A stretch of 32,000 nt of DNA from Ruminococcus albus 7 = DSM 20455 (GCF_000179635.2 NC_014825.1:240001-272000), one strand, 5' to 3'; counted from the first letter of the stretch, positions 7,584 to 17,464 are shown. Notes: generated by a model from the letters alone, not told the origin. Translations and numbers: made by a program.

Positions 7584-9170
7584 GGTCATGATTTCAAATG
7601 CTGCTGTGATAATCTCAATGATACGTTCCTGTTCTGCATAAGGCGGTAGAGCCACTATCAGGTTCTTCAATGTCAATGGCTTTAACTCCTTTTGATTGGT
7701 TGAGCCTTCACCGAGCTTTTCAAGTTCATGCTGATGTGCTTTCAAAAAATGGTAAATATATTCTGCACTTATTTCATTATTAGTTCTTATAACAGTAACG
7801 TGAGAATCAGGCACGACAGGCATTTCACGTCTATTATCGGTTCTTCTATATATGCCGACTCTACCGAGAGTTCCTGTGCCTGTTGAGTTTATTACTGTAT
7901 CCTTATCCTGCATATATTCATCATCAGGATACTTTACAAGCGTGGATTCATCAAGATACAGAGCTAAGTCCATATTGATACCGTCATATTTGGTATTACA
8001 TTTTTGAGCGAACACAAGCGTACCACTGCTTTCGGTGTATTTAGGAGATTTTCCACGCTTTATTTCCTTTTGACAGCACGTTTGAAGCCGTACCCACGCC
8101 CACCCGTCGGGCAGTTCAAACGGCAACTCCTCGTCAATACAAGTGACGGTATCACCGATCTTCTCATAATAAGAGTTATCATCACCTTTGAAGATGACAG
8201 ATTCCTTCTTATCACGTTTGATTTTGCCCTGTTTGATAAGCTCCTCTTTCTCAGCTCTGATACGGTCAAGGAGAACACTCGCAGGCTCATCATCAGGATT
8301 CTGCGGTACGAGCTTGCCCCTGATAGCGAGGTCAAGGATTTTAGATTTGGTGAGCTGTATGGTGGTTTGTAGGTCTGTTTTGTCGGATTCTATATTATCC
8401 GCAAAAGAAAGTAGTTGCTCTAATTTAGCTGCTATTCGATTTTGCTCGTTAATGGGAGCAACAGGAATCAAGGTTGTGCGAATGTGTTCCAAATGAAGAT
8501 TAGGAACGCCAATCCCTTTAAGCGAAGAATTGAAATAGTTTTGTATGGTTGAACTTGCTATTGTTGATAGCAAGTATTCAGGAGAGATTATATACCCTAT
8601 GATTCTAAGTAAAGCCAAACTTACATAGATGTCAAATACACAATCCCTATTAACTATTGCAGCAACACCCGTTGTTCCGTTTTTAGCAAGAAGAATGTCA
8701 TTCTTTTGTGGTGCTAATCTTGCATACAGTTCATTATGGAGGGATTCAGGAATATACATTATATTGTCCCAATCAATATGTCCAGATGTGACATTTTTTG
8801 AAGATAAGAATATGAAGCCCTCATCGCTGTATGTTGGAGTTTTATGAGTGCCGTCGGTAATTGGTTCACATATAGACTGTAATCTTGCCCATTCCCACCC
8901 CTCCGGCAGATCATAGGGTATCTCATCTTCAATGCACTTTACCGTGCCGTCGGGCATCTTCTCATAATGCAAATTATCATCACCGAGGAATATAACAGTA
9001 TCGTTCTTTATATCCTTAGCTTTCAGCTTGCCGTCCTTGACCATCTGCTGTTTTTCGGCTCTGATACGCTCCAACAGCACAGAAGCAGGCTCATCGTTCG
9101 GATCTTGCGGAACGAGCTTGCCCCTGATCGCAAGGTCAAGGATTTTCTGTCTTAATGCTTTTGTATCCAT
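7560..9170 (-). CDS. hsdS: type I R-M specificity subunit, expressed copy (N-terminal CR - TRD1 - central CR - TRD2 - C-terminal CR)
   Basis: The ATG overlaps the hsdM stop (TAATG). KILDLAIRGKLVPQ.P.DEPASVLL.RIRAEK occurs both at the N-terminus and in the centre. Last gene of hsdR-hsdM-hsdS. Confidence 0.9.
   Translation of the reverse strand: MDTKALRQKILDLAIRGKLVPQDPNDEPASVLLERIRAEKQQMVKDGKLKAKDIKNDTVIFLGDDNLHYEKMPDGTVKCIEDEIPYDLPEGWEWARLQSICEPITDGTHKTPTYSDEGFIFLSSKNVTSGHIDWDNIMYIPESLHNELYARLAPQKNDILLAKNGTTGVAAIVNRDCVFDIYVSLALLRIIGYIISPEYLLSTIASSTIQNYFNSSLKGIGVPNLHLEHIRTTLIPVAPINEQNRIAAKLEQLLSFADNIESDKTDLQTTIQLTKSKILDLAIRGKLVPQNPDDEPASVLLDRIRAEKEELIKQGKIKRDKKESVIFKGDDNSYYEKIGDTVTCIDEELPFELPDGWAWVRLQTCCQKEIKRGKSPKYTESSGTLVFAQKCNTKYDGINMDLALYLDESTLVKYPDDEYMQDKDTVINSTGTGTLGRVGIYRRTDNRREMPVVPDSHVTVIRTNNEISAEYIYHFLKAHQHELEKLGEGSTNQKELKPLTLKNLIVALPPYAEQERIIEIITAAFEIMTNIEKSLS
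8128..8175. repeat. shufflon IR3, arm b
   Basis: Exact reverse complement of 6970-7017. Confidence 0.9.
8163..8393. repeat. shufflon IR2, arm b (central conserved region of expressed hsdS)
   Basis: Reverse complement is about 92 percent identical to 5240-5470. Confidence 0.85.
8895..8972. repeat. shufflon IR1, arm b
   Basis: Reverse complement is about 87 percent identical to 4661-4738. Confidence 0.8.
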
Positions 9171-10600
9171 TATTCATCTACCTCGCCGATAAGACTTTCA
9201 AGCTGAGCTACGGCACTTGCGATATTCTCCGATTTTGTCTTTATCGTTTCAAGAAGCTCAGTCAGCGTATAATCATCGCTTGTATTCGCTGACTTAATCC
9301 AGCTTATATCAAGGCTTGTCTTATCTCGCTCTAAAATATCCTCATATGAGTATCTGCGCCATCTGCCGTTCGGATTCTCCTCACTCCATGTTTCCTGTCT
9401 TGCGGAAATATCCTCAGCATGATAGCACTCTACAAATTCATCAAAGTGACTTTCTTTCAGTGGATTGGTCTTGCCGAAGGACGGCATTTCGGAACGGAGA
9501 TCGTATATCCATACTTCCTTAGTGTTGCCCTTATCCGCAGTACCCCTTGTGAAGAAAAGCACATTGGTCTTTACACCCTGGGCATAGAAAATACCCGTAG
9601 GCAGACGCAGGATCGTATGCAGATTGCATTTTTTCATAAGGTCACGGCGTATCTTTTCACCGTCACCGTCAGCAAAAAGCACGTTATCAGGCAGAACAAC
9701 GGCAGCACGAGCATGACCTGACTGATTCAGGCTTCTGTAAATATGCTGTAAGAAATTGAGCTGTTTATTGCTTGTGGGGAAAGTAAGGTCATCACGGGTA
9801 GCACGTTCACCGCCTTTTTTCGTGCCAAACGGCGGATTCGTCAGTACAACGTCAAAACCTTTCATCTGCTTGCCGTAATTGGAAAGCGTATCACCGAGAT
9901 AGATCGGACCGCTAATGTCGTGAAGCATAGCGTTCATAAGGGCAAGCCTATGGGTATCATGAACAAGCTCACAGCCCGAAAATGCTTGTGTACGCTGAAA
10001 TTCCTGCTCATCAACCGACAAATCGAACAGATCGTCGGTCTGTTCCTTAACGTAGTGATCGGCAGCAATCATAAATCCGAAAGTACCGCAGGCAGGATCG
10101 TTACAGCGTTCTCCCGCCTTCGGAGCAATCAGCCTTGTCATAACATTGATAAGAACACGGGGCGTGAAATACTGTCCTGCACCGGACTTCTTTTCGGTAG
10201 CATTCTTCTCTAACAGTCCTTCATAAAGGTTGCCCAAGCCTTCTTCCTTTGCACTGTACCAGTCAAACTGGTCAATAGTGGTGATGATTTTTTCAAGATT
10301 CTTAGGCTCGTCAATGTTAGTCTGTGCGCCTTGATAAATCTCACGCACACGACCTTGACAGTTCTCTCCGAGGTGTTCCAAAAGCTCTTTATAGAACTTC
10401 TTCAACTCAATACCTTGCTTTGAAAGCAGCTTATCCCAACGATATTCTTCGGGAATAGCCTTTTCGGTATCGGTTTCCTTGCACATCTTCAAAAACAGTA
10501 TATAGGTAAGCTCCGTAACATACTGCTGATAGGTGATACCGTCATCACGCAGTACGTTACACAGATTCCAGAGCTTTGCGACAATTTCCTGATTATTCAA
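9170..10600 (-). CDS. hsdM: type I R-M N6-adenine DNA methyltransferase subunit
   Basis: N-terminal HsdM pattern (LWNLCNVLRDDGITYQQYVTELTYILFLKM), the SAM-binding region and the catalytic motif NPPFG (VVLTNPPFGTKKGG). The TTG start overlaps the hsdR stop. Confidence 0.9.
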   Translation of the reverse strand: MNNQEIVAKLWNLCNVLRDDGITYQQYVTELTYILFLKMCKETDTEKAIPEEYRWDKLLSKQGIELKKFYKELLEHLGENCQGRVREIYQGAQTNIDEPKNLEKIITTIDQFDWYSAKEEGLGNLYEGLLEKNATEKKSGAGQYFTPRVLINVMTRLIAPKAGERCNDPACGTFGFMIAADHYVKEQTDDLFDLSVDEQEFQRTQAFSGCELVHDTHRLALMNAMLHDISGPIYLGDTLSNYGKQMKGFDVVLTNPPFGTKKGGERATRDDLTFPTSNKQLNFLQHIYRSLNQSGHARAAVVLPDNVLFADGDGEKIRRDLMKKCNLHTILRLPTGIFYAQGVKTNVLFFTRGTADKGNTKEVWIYDLRSEMPSFGKTNPLKESHFDEFVECYHAEDISARQETWSEENPNGRWRRYSYEDILERDKTSLDISWIKSANTSDDYTLTELLETIKTKSENIASAVAQLESLIGEVDE

Positions 10601-13600
10601 GCTACGATTCCTCCATCGTCATATAAGTATTGGTTCAGTTCCATAATAACCTCATGGAGCTGTCCCTCAAATCGGCGGTCAATGCCTTTGAATCCGCCAT
10701 TATTCTTGAAAGCACCCTGTTCAAACATCTGCTCATCAAGCACAGCTTCTTCAAGCATGACCTTCTCTATACGTTTCAGCCAGTCAAGCTGAACCTTGTT
10801 AAACTTGTGGTTCTGTCTCAGCTTTGCAAAGGCATTTTTTACCCTTGTTTCATGACTTATCAGCGCCGAGCCAATAGCCTGCTGCCGAACAAATGCGATA
10901 ATATCCGCAACAATATCTTCGTTTGTCATTTCATTCCAAGCTGTATTAAGCTGTTTTTCCGTGAAATCATGACGGTCAAGCTCCATTTTCAGCTCTTTGA
11001 GAGTAGCCCTTGTCAACTCAGAGGGGCGAGTGCATACGATTTTGAGTGCATTTATTTCATTAAGGTTCTCCACAACAAATTTTCTGAATGCTTCAATATA
11101 GTCTTCGGGTTTGCTTGCCTTGCCGTAACCTCTTTCATGTGATACGACCTCATCATCATGATCGTCTATTACAACTGGACGCTTTCTATGTGTTCTGTCT
11201 TTATCAAGCACAGCAAATGCCTCCGAGCATTCCAAAGCTCTCTTTGTGGAGTCGGCAACTTTGCCGTCATTCAGCTCTTTTGCAAAAGCATTAAGGTCTT
11301 TACCGCCTGTCAGGTATATAAATTGCTCAAGAGCTTTTGCACTGATCTTACGGCTTTTCCTTTGCAGTTTGGCAATAATCAAACTGAGCTGATATGCCTG
11401 TTTGTCCTTCTCAACAACTCTCAAACCGTTAAGTAAGTCCTCAAAGGTAGTCTGGGGATTTGGTGTAACAGGCTTCATATTGCTTACAGGCTCTAAGGTT
11501 TCATAGACACCTACGGGATCATAGATCTCGAAGTGGTCTTTGTCTATCTTACTGCACAATCTCGTAGCTCTGCCGAGCATCTGCTCAAACAGGATACGGG
11601 ACTTGATACGACGCATAAATACAAGATTGACGATCTCAGGCACATCAATACCTGTTGTCAGCAGGTCAACAGTAACAACAACCTTTGGATAGGCTTCATT
11701 CTTAAACTGCCGTATCGCTTCAAGTATCTTCTTTTTATTGCCACCCTCTATGCTTCCGGTGATTTTCTTGACTACATCGTTATCAATACCGTATTTCGAG
11801 TAAATATCTTTCAGTATCTTTACGATAAGGTCAGCATGATCGTCATCGACCGCATAGATAAGCGTTTTGCCCTCACCGTCAGGATTGAAGTCCATAGCGA
11901 TTTCATTAAACACGGCTAAATTGAACTTCTCAGTAATTACGTCCTTATTGAATTTGTCTATTTCAAACTTCATATCGTCCTCAAGCTCATCGCTGTTGAG
12001 GACTTCGCCCGTGTTCGGATCGTAGATTGCGAGCGTTTCACCCTTTTTGTATTCAATGCCGTTATCACGGAGCTTAGTGTGAATATCATGCGGAGCATCG
12101 TGATCGACAAGATAACCGTCAATGACAGCTTCTCTGTAAGAGTATGTAAACACGGGCTTTCCGAAAATCTCTGTTGTATGCAGAGCAGGAGTAGCCGTGA
12201 GAGCAACCTTGACAGCATCGAAATACTCTATAACAGTACGATATTTGCTGATATAATCTTCCTGATTACGATACAGCATTTCATCATCGCTCAATTCTTT
12301 GTCGAGCGTATAACCTCTATGCGCTTCATCAACAACAATCAGGTCATAGTCAGAAACAGAGGGCATTGTGCCATCTTCGTTGTATATCAGGCGTTTTACA
12401 AGGCTCTGGACAGTAGCTATATGTATCTTTGTTTCCTTATCAATCTCTTTTTCGTCAAGACCTTTGATATTATATATCTCGTCGAGAGTCATTAAATCCT
12501 CTATCTTGACTTCCTTGAATACATCGGCTGCCTGTTCACCGAGCGCAGTTCTGTCCACAAGGAACAGAATACGTCTGAAACGGTTGCTCTTGATAAAGCG
12601 GTATATCATTCCGAGGATTGTTCTGGTCTTACCGGTTCCCGTAGCCATAGACAGCAACGCTGTTTTCTTACCATCAATGATAGCATTCTCAGCAGCTTCA
12701 ATAGCTCTTATCTGATATTCACGCAGATTCAGTCCATCTGGATCACGCAGTAAATCGTATGGGGTATTCTGCAACGTCTGATTAGCAGAAGCAATATCCT
12801 TATCGAGCATTTCCATAAGACCGTCAGGGCTAAACCAACCTTGCAGAGCCTTTGGAGTATTCGCACCGTCACGCAGATCAAGAAACCATATTCCGGATTT
12901 CAGCTCTATCTGTTTCAGATACTTTCTGCCATTAGTAGCAAACACAAACGGAACTTTATAGCCGTTCCAATCTTTGATAACATAATCGCTATGCTCCGAT
13001 TTTATCATACGGGCATAGTCTTTGCACTGATAGTCTATTACAGACGGAATATCTATACTTGCTTTCTTTGCTTCAATAATAGCAACAAGTTTAAGCCCCA
13101 CAAAGAGAGCATAGTCCGCATAACCACCCTTAGTTACCGTAGAATCAGTCGGAAACTCAGCGATAGCAAGGTTACGTCCCTTTTGTGGTCTGGTTCCCTT
13201 AGAATAGCGAAGATTGTTTGTATCAACCTCCCAGCCGTACTTTCTGAGCTGATCATCAATGATAATGCGTGTTTCAGCTTCTGAAAGTTCCATTGCTTCT
13301 GTAACTTCTGCTGACTTGTCGGCTCTTTCTTTTGAAGTTGATCCGTCGGTAGCTGTTACAACAGGTTCAGCCTTAGCAGCTTTCGCAAGCTGTTCCTCTA
13401 AGCCTTTGATTATGCTTTCATAGTCAGGGATAGGCTCATTCTGGGGCATAACAAAATCAGGTGCTTTGAAGCTGTAATCACCATACACCTCCATAAACCA
13501 CACAGCAAGCCTGAATGCCATTCTGAGCAAAGATTTAGCGGTATCAACCGAATCCTCATACTTATGAACAGCGTCATTACGCTTCATTCTGAGAGAATAC

Positions 13601-13857
13601 AGTATATCATCGATTCTTCCACCACGATCAATAAGCCCCTCACGTTTCAGGATTTTTATTCTATTGGCGTGAGTATTATCGTAATCAGGCTCGTCAAGCC
13701 CCTCGTTCGCAAATATCTCCTGTACAAGACGTTCAGCAAACATTCCGAGCTTATAAATACACGCATTAGGATCGTTATAGAGATAGCTTTCAGCAGTTTT
13801 TCCGATTTTAGCAAGAGTTCCCCAATACTTGCTCAAAAAATCAAAATTAGATTTCAT
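10597..13857 (-). CDS. hsdR: type I restriction endonuclease/helicase subunit with an extra N-terminal domain (DUF4145-like)
   Basis: 1086 aa. Motifs: helicase motif I (MATGTGKTRT), DEAH box (VVDEAHR), motif VI (QMLGRATR), and a PD-(D/E)XK-like region (YADYALF...IIEAKK). Confidence 0.9.
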   Translation of the reverse strand: MKSNFDFLSKYWGTLAKIGKTAESYLYNDPNACIYKLGMFAERLVQEIFANEGLDEPDYDNTHANRIKILKREGLIDRGGRIDDILYSLRMKRNDAVHKYEDSVDTAKSLLRMAFRLAVWFMEVYGDYSFKAPDFVMPQNEPIPDYESIIKGLEEQLAKAAKAEPVVTATDGSTSKERADKSAEVTEAMELSEAETRIIIDDQLRKYGWEVDTNNLRYSKGTRPQKGRNLAIAEFPTDSTVTKGGYADYALFVGLKLVAIIEAKKASIDIPSVIDYQCKDYARMIKSEHSDYVIKDWNGYKVPFVFATNGRKYLKQIELKSGIWFLDLRDGANTPKALQGWFSPDGLMEMLDKDIASANQTLQNTPYDLLRDPDGLNLREYQIRAIEAAENAIIDGKKTALLSMATGTGKTRTILGMIYRFIKSNRFRRILFLVDRTALGEQAADVFKEVKIEDLMTLDEIYNIKGLDEKEIDKETKIHIATVQSLVKRLIYNEDGTMPSVSDYDLIVVDEAHRGYTLDKELSDDEMLYRNQEDYISKYRTVIEYFDAVKVALTATPALHTTEIFGKPVFTYSYREAVIDGYLVDHDAPHDIHTKLRDNGIEYKKGETLAIYDPNTGEVLNSDELEDDMKFEIDKFNKDVITEKFNLAVFNEIAMDFNPDGEGKTLIYAVDDDHADLIVKILKDIYSKYGIDNDVVKKITGSIEGGNKKKILEAIRQFKNEAYPKVVVTVDLLTTGIDVPEIVNLVFMRRIKSRILFEQMLGRATRLCSKIDKDHFEIYDPVGVYETLEPVSNMKPVTPNPQTTFEDLLNGLRVVEKDKQAYQLSLIIAKLQRKSRKISAKALEQFIYLTGGKDLNAFAKELNDGKVADSTKRALECSEAFAVLDKDRTHRKRPVVIDDHDDEVVSHERGYGKASKPEDYIEAFRKFVVENLNEINALKIVCTRPSELTRATLKELKMELDRHDFTEKQLNTAWNEMTNEDIVADIIAFVRQQAIGSALISHETRVKNAFAKLRQNHKFNKVQLDWLKRIEKVMLEEAVLDEQMFEQGAFKNNGGFKGIDRRFEGQLHEVIMELNQYLYDDGGIVA

Positions 13858-13924
13858 GACGAATCACCTCCATCATAAAGTAACTTCCCATAATACCGTA
13901 CTATGAGAACTTATTATCTATTCT

Positions 13925-13953
13925 ATTATACCACAATTTGCACAATTAGTCAA
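13925..13953 (-). promoter_or_regulatory. hsdRMS promoter TTGACT-17-TGgTATAAT
   Basis: On the minus strand, TTGACT is at 13953-13948, followed by a 17-nt spacer, then TATAAT at 13930-13925. GGAGGTG RBS precedes the ATG at 13857. Confidence 0.6.
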
Positions 13954-14119
13954 TTGTCATACAGCGAAAAAAATATAGTTTCACACCGAGCTGATTGATT
14001 CATAAGTATCTGAAACAAGCTATAGATCATAGATATTAGATTATTCCATTCATCGCTACATCAACTATTTTCTGTAGAAAAAACGATAATTTTCTGTCGC
14101 GTTATGATAATTTTCTTGC

Positions 14120-15235
14120 ATGGAAAAGTTCATCTATTTTTCTGAGGTGGCATATGCTTGGTTTACGATGAGCCGCGAGGTTGAAGTAAAAGGAATCAAA
14201 ATGGTAGCAACAGTCCCTGAAGATTTACAGATTTCTGTTGGTAAGATTACTGCTACCAAGAACCTTAATGACACAGATAGCTTTTTGGCTGATTTAAGCA
14301 GCGGAAAGGCGATTGCTCCAACGGAAAATATCATGTGGTCGAACACTGTAAATTTAAGCCAGTATTATGAATTTGGTCGCTTAATTCCTGCTTCATCCTC
14401 TAAAGGAACGAATATATTCTTTACTCCCGATGCAACAGAAGAAGGTAAAAATGTTGCAAGAAATGCAAAATATATACAAGCAGCAACAGGATTGACGCCT
14501 ACAACTAGCACTTCTAGTATGATGGCAACACTTCATGCTAGAACGGGTGCCGCTGATGCATGGGCGGCTCCAACTGGAACGGGTTATACTCAAGCTGTAA
14601 ACTACATGGATACGCAGGATGATGGATATTATGTTGATATTCCCGTATGGATTAGAACTTCCACCACTGAAAATGTTGATCTTAAAGTTGAGGGCTTTGT
14701 AATTCCTAAGGATGCAACTAATAAAGGTTTAAAGGATGCAACAGCGGCTGAACTGTATAAGGCTACCCGTGTAGCCATCTTACCTGCTGCTGGCGATACA
14801 ACTAATGCCGAAAAAGGTACTAAAGGTGTAATTGACCTTAAGGATGGTGCTGCTACTGATACACCTGGTTGGAGTAGTGTTACCTCAATAATTGACTATT
14901 ATGGCACCAGTGCAATGCACGGGATAGCTAATGGTGCAGTTAAAGCTGCAGTAGACGCAAATGGTACAGAGAATCACGTTGAGGGTGGTTCAGAAACCAA
15001 TGCTGATAATTGGTCATTAATTTACGAAGCTGCTACTGTATATAATGGAACAGCGAGCATTGCAACAATTGCAGGTGCGACAGCTGGTGCAGAGTATGGA
15101 ACAGCAACACAGCTTTGGATTCGTGTATGGCTTGAAGGCGAAGATCCCGAGTGTTGGAACAAGAATGCTGGGCAGGATTGGAATATATCGCTTAAGTTCT
15201 CAAAGATTGAACCTGCCGCACCATCTGATCCGTAA
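14120..15235 (+). CDS. TasA/camelysin-like secreted-protein paralog c1, leader truncated
   Basis: The frame is open from 14111 (FSCMEKFIYFSEVAYAWFTMSREVEVKGIKM...). YAWFT-MS-E resembles the end of a SipW-type signal peptide. Blocks DDGYYVDIPVWIRTS and LWIRVWLEGEDPECWNKNAGQDWNISLKF are shared with c2 and c3. No Shine-Dalgarno precedes the ATG at 14120. Confidence 0.6.
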   Translation: MEKFIYFSEVAYAWFTMSREVEVKGIKMVATVPEDLQISVGKITATKNLNDTDSFLADLSSGKAIAPTENIMWSNTVNLSQYYEFGRLIPASSSKGTNIFFTPDATEEGKNVARNAKYIQAATGLTPTTSTSSMMATLHARTGAADAWAAPTGTGYTQAVNYMDTQDDGYYVDIPVWIRTSTTENVDLKVEGFVIPKDATNKGLKDATAAELYKATRVAILPAAGDTTNAEKGTKGVIDLKDGAATDTPGWSSVTSIIDYYGTSAMHGIANGAVKAAVDANGTENHVEGGSETNADNWSLIYEAATVYNGTASIATIAGATAGAEYGTATQLWIRVWLEGEDPECWNKNAGQDWNISLKFSKIEPAAPSDP

Positions 15236-15266
15236 CAACCACACTAAACAAAACATGGATATTTGT

Positions 15267-15297
15267 GTCCCCCCTCCTCGCAGAGGGGGGATTTTTT
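15267..15297 (+). terminator. rho-independent terminator after c1
   Basis: tcccccctc / gagggggga form a 9-bp GC-rich stem with a 6-nt loop, followed by T7. Confidence 0.85.
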
Positions 15298-15430
15298 TAA
15301 CTATACACATCATCGCGATGCAACACTATACTGTAATCGGCAAAAAAGATGAACCATTAAACATAAAAATATTCTCATAATAACGCTGTCACAAAGCCGT
15401 GCTATACTTATTCTGAAAGGAGTTGATAGC

Positions 15431-17464
15431 ATGGCTGAAATAACTATAATACAGCCAAGAGAACAGCCCCGCAGAAAACTTCGCTGCGGGGCATATTGCA
15501 GGGTATCGACGGGGCGAGAGGAACAGCAGCACTCATATGAGGCGCAGCGGCTGTGGTTCATGACGCTGCTCGGTGGCTCGCAGACAGAGGAGCTTGTGGA
15601 CATCTATGCGGACATAGGGATAAGCGGAACGACCACCGACCGCCCTGAGTTCATGCGTATGCTTAACGATTGCAGGCATGGGTGCATTGACCGCATACTC
15701 ACCAAGTCGATCAGCCGCTTCGCCCGCAACACCCGTGATTGTCTTGCAATACTGCGTGAGCTTCGGGAACTGGGCGTGACGGTTTTCTTCGAGAAAGAGA
15801 ACATCGACACTGCGAGAACTGCCGACGAAATGATGATAGCGATTATGGGCGGTCTTGCACAGGAAGAATCGCAGTCCATTTCGAGGAACATTCGCTGGAG
15901 CCTGCACCGCAAAATGGCGGCAGGGACGCTCGGCGTGGCGCGTGTACCTTACGGTTATGACAAGGTGAACGGCAGACTTGTGATAAATGATGAACAGGCG
16001 GCGGTCGTCCGGCGCATTTTTTCGCTGTATCTCGGCGGAATGGGTGCAAGACGAATCGCCGCTCTTTTCAATTCCGAGGGTCTGCCTGCACCCGAATCCA
16101 CCGCATGGAACAATATCACTGTCTACAAAATGCTCGCACAGGAGATGTATCTCGGTGATATTCGCTGGCAGAAAACAGTGTCCGTGTTTATGGGGACAAG
16201 CCACCCGAACACGGGGCAAGCTAACAGCTTCTATGTCAGTGGAAGTCATGAGCCGATAATTGACCGAGAGACTTTTGAATCGGCGCAGGCTTTGCGGTTA
16301 AAAAGCGTTCGTCCCGCCGAAAAGACCAATAACAGCCCGTTTCGTCAAAAGGTTGTCTGCGGAATTTGTGGGAGGTCGTACTACTTGATTGGTGCGGCTC
16401 GCCCTTACTGGCAATGCACGAGGCGATTTGATCTTGTCAAGCCCTGCACGAACGATATTCTGCATGATGAAACGCTTTCCGACTTGTGGCGAGTGATATG
16501 GACAAAGTTCACCAACCATGCCGATGATGTTCTCCTGCCGCTTATTGGGCAGCTTGAAAGGATCGCTGAAAAGGTCTCTGAAAATGCAGAAAGCGGTCGC
16601 CTTGACGAAATAATGCAACAGAAAATGACCCTTCGCAAAATGTGTGCGGAGGGTCTTATTTCTTATGGGGAAGTCATAACCTCCGAGACCGAGCTTAACG
16701 CCGAGTATTCCTCCTTGATTGAGAATTGCAGAAAACAAAAGGAGCATAATTCACTTTTGATAAATGAGGTAAAAACGCTCTACAAAGCGGTTTCCGCTGC
16801 TCATAGTGATTGTTGTGCCGATATTCTCAAATCTATCCGATTTGCCCACGATACCGCTGATTTTGAGCTTGTGAGCGGCATACATATCATTATGAGCATC
16901 CCGAAGCATAAAAAACGAATAATTACATCACATAATCCTATAAATGCGATTCGCTCACTTGCCTTGTGCGGAGGCTGCGGAGGAAGGCTTTCACGGCGCA
17001 AGGTCGAGGGTGTATATCTCTGGAAATGCTCAAACCGCCGTTGTTCTTATTGGAGGTCAAAGCATACGGACGAAGATATGATAGGCAACACAACTGACGT
17101 TTTTTCAAAGGTATACGCTGACCCACGCTTAGTAAGTCTTAAATGTTCCATGACGGAATATCGTCCAACGGAAAGTGTTCTCACAATGCTGGAAAGCCTT
17201 GAAAAGCTGATAGCTTTGGGAGAAAACGCTGAAATGCTTATCAAAGCGGCGGTTCATCTTGCAGAGGAAAAAATCGGCTGCATTGAGTACAACGTGAAAA
17301 CCGAGCAGACCGCGCATATAGAGGACGCTATCAAGAATTGTGTGGAGCTGCCGGAGTTTCTAATACAAGCGGTCAGGCACATCTATGTCACGCCCGACAG
17401 AGTGCGTGTTAAGTTCATCAACGGAAAGACGGTCAAAAGTGAAAGGAGCACCAACCATGAGTAA
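15431..17464 (+). CDS. large serine recombinase A1 with C-terminal extension homologous to the zinc-ribbon/C-terminal part of B2
   Basis: Contains YCRVST catalytic-serine motif, SISRFARNT and LAQEESQSISRNIRW, plus recombinase and Zn-ribbon regions (CGICGRSY...WQC). A second Cys cluster (CGGCGGRLS...WKCSNRRC) appears after residue about 505. AAAGGAG RBS. Confidence 0.85.
   Translation: MAEITIIQPREQPRRKLRCGAYCRVSTGREEQQHSYEAQRLWFMTLLGGSQTEELVDIYADIGISGTTTDRPEFMRMLNDCRHGCIDRILTKSISRFARNTRDCLAILRELRELGVTVFFEKENIDTARTADEMMIAIMGGLAQEESQSISRNIRWSLHRKMAAGTLGVARVPYGYDKVNGRLVINDEQAAVVRRIFSLYLGGMGARRIAALFNSEGLPAPESTAWNNITVYKMLAQEMYLGDIRWQKTVSVFMGTSHPNTGQANSFYVSGSHEPIIDRETFESAQALRLKSVRPAEKTNNSPFRQKVVCGICGRSYYLIGAARPYWQCTRRFDLVKPCTNDILHDETLSDLWRVIWTKFTNHADDVLLPLIGQLERIAEKVSENAESGRLDEIMQQKMTLRKMCAEGLISYGEVITSETELNAEYSSLIENCRKQKEHNSLLINEVKTLYKAVSAAHSDCCADILKSIRFAHDTADFELVSGIHIIMSIPKHKKRIITSHNPINAIRSLALCGGCGGRLSRRKVEGVYLWKCSNRRCSYWRSKHTDEDMIGNTTDVFSKVYADPRLVSLKCSMTEYRPTESVLTMLESLEKLIALGENAEMLIKAAVHLAEEKIGCIEYNVKTEQTAHIEDAIKNCVELPEFLIQAVRHIYVTPDRVRVKFINGKTVKSERSTNHE

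Noticed and set aside
10630-13878. Series of plus-strand ORFs (10630-11142, 11533-11919, 12079-12715, 12841-13284, 13564-13878)
   Set aside because: All are antisense to hsdR. They have low-complexity or odd composition and no RBS.
17385-17456. Upstream extension of the A2 ORF (track start 17385)
   Set aside because: No RBS is present, and it overlaps A1 by 80 nt. The ATG at 17457 lies 8 nt after AAAGGAG, and the N-terminus aligns with B1.
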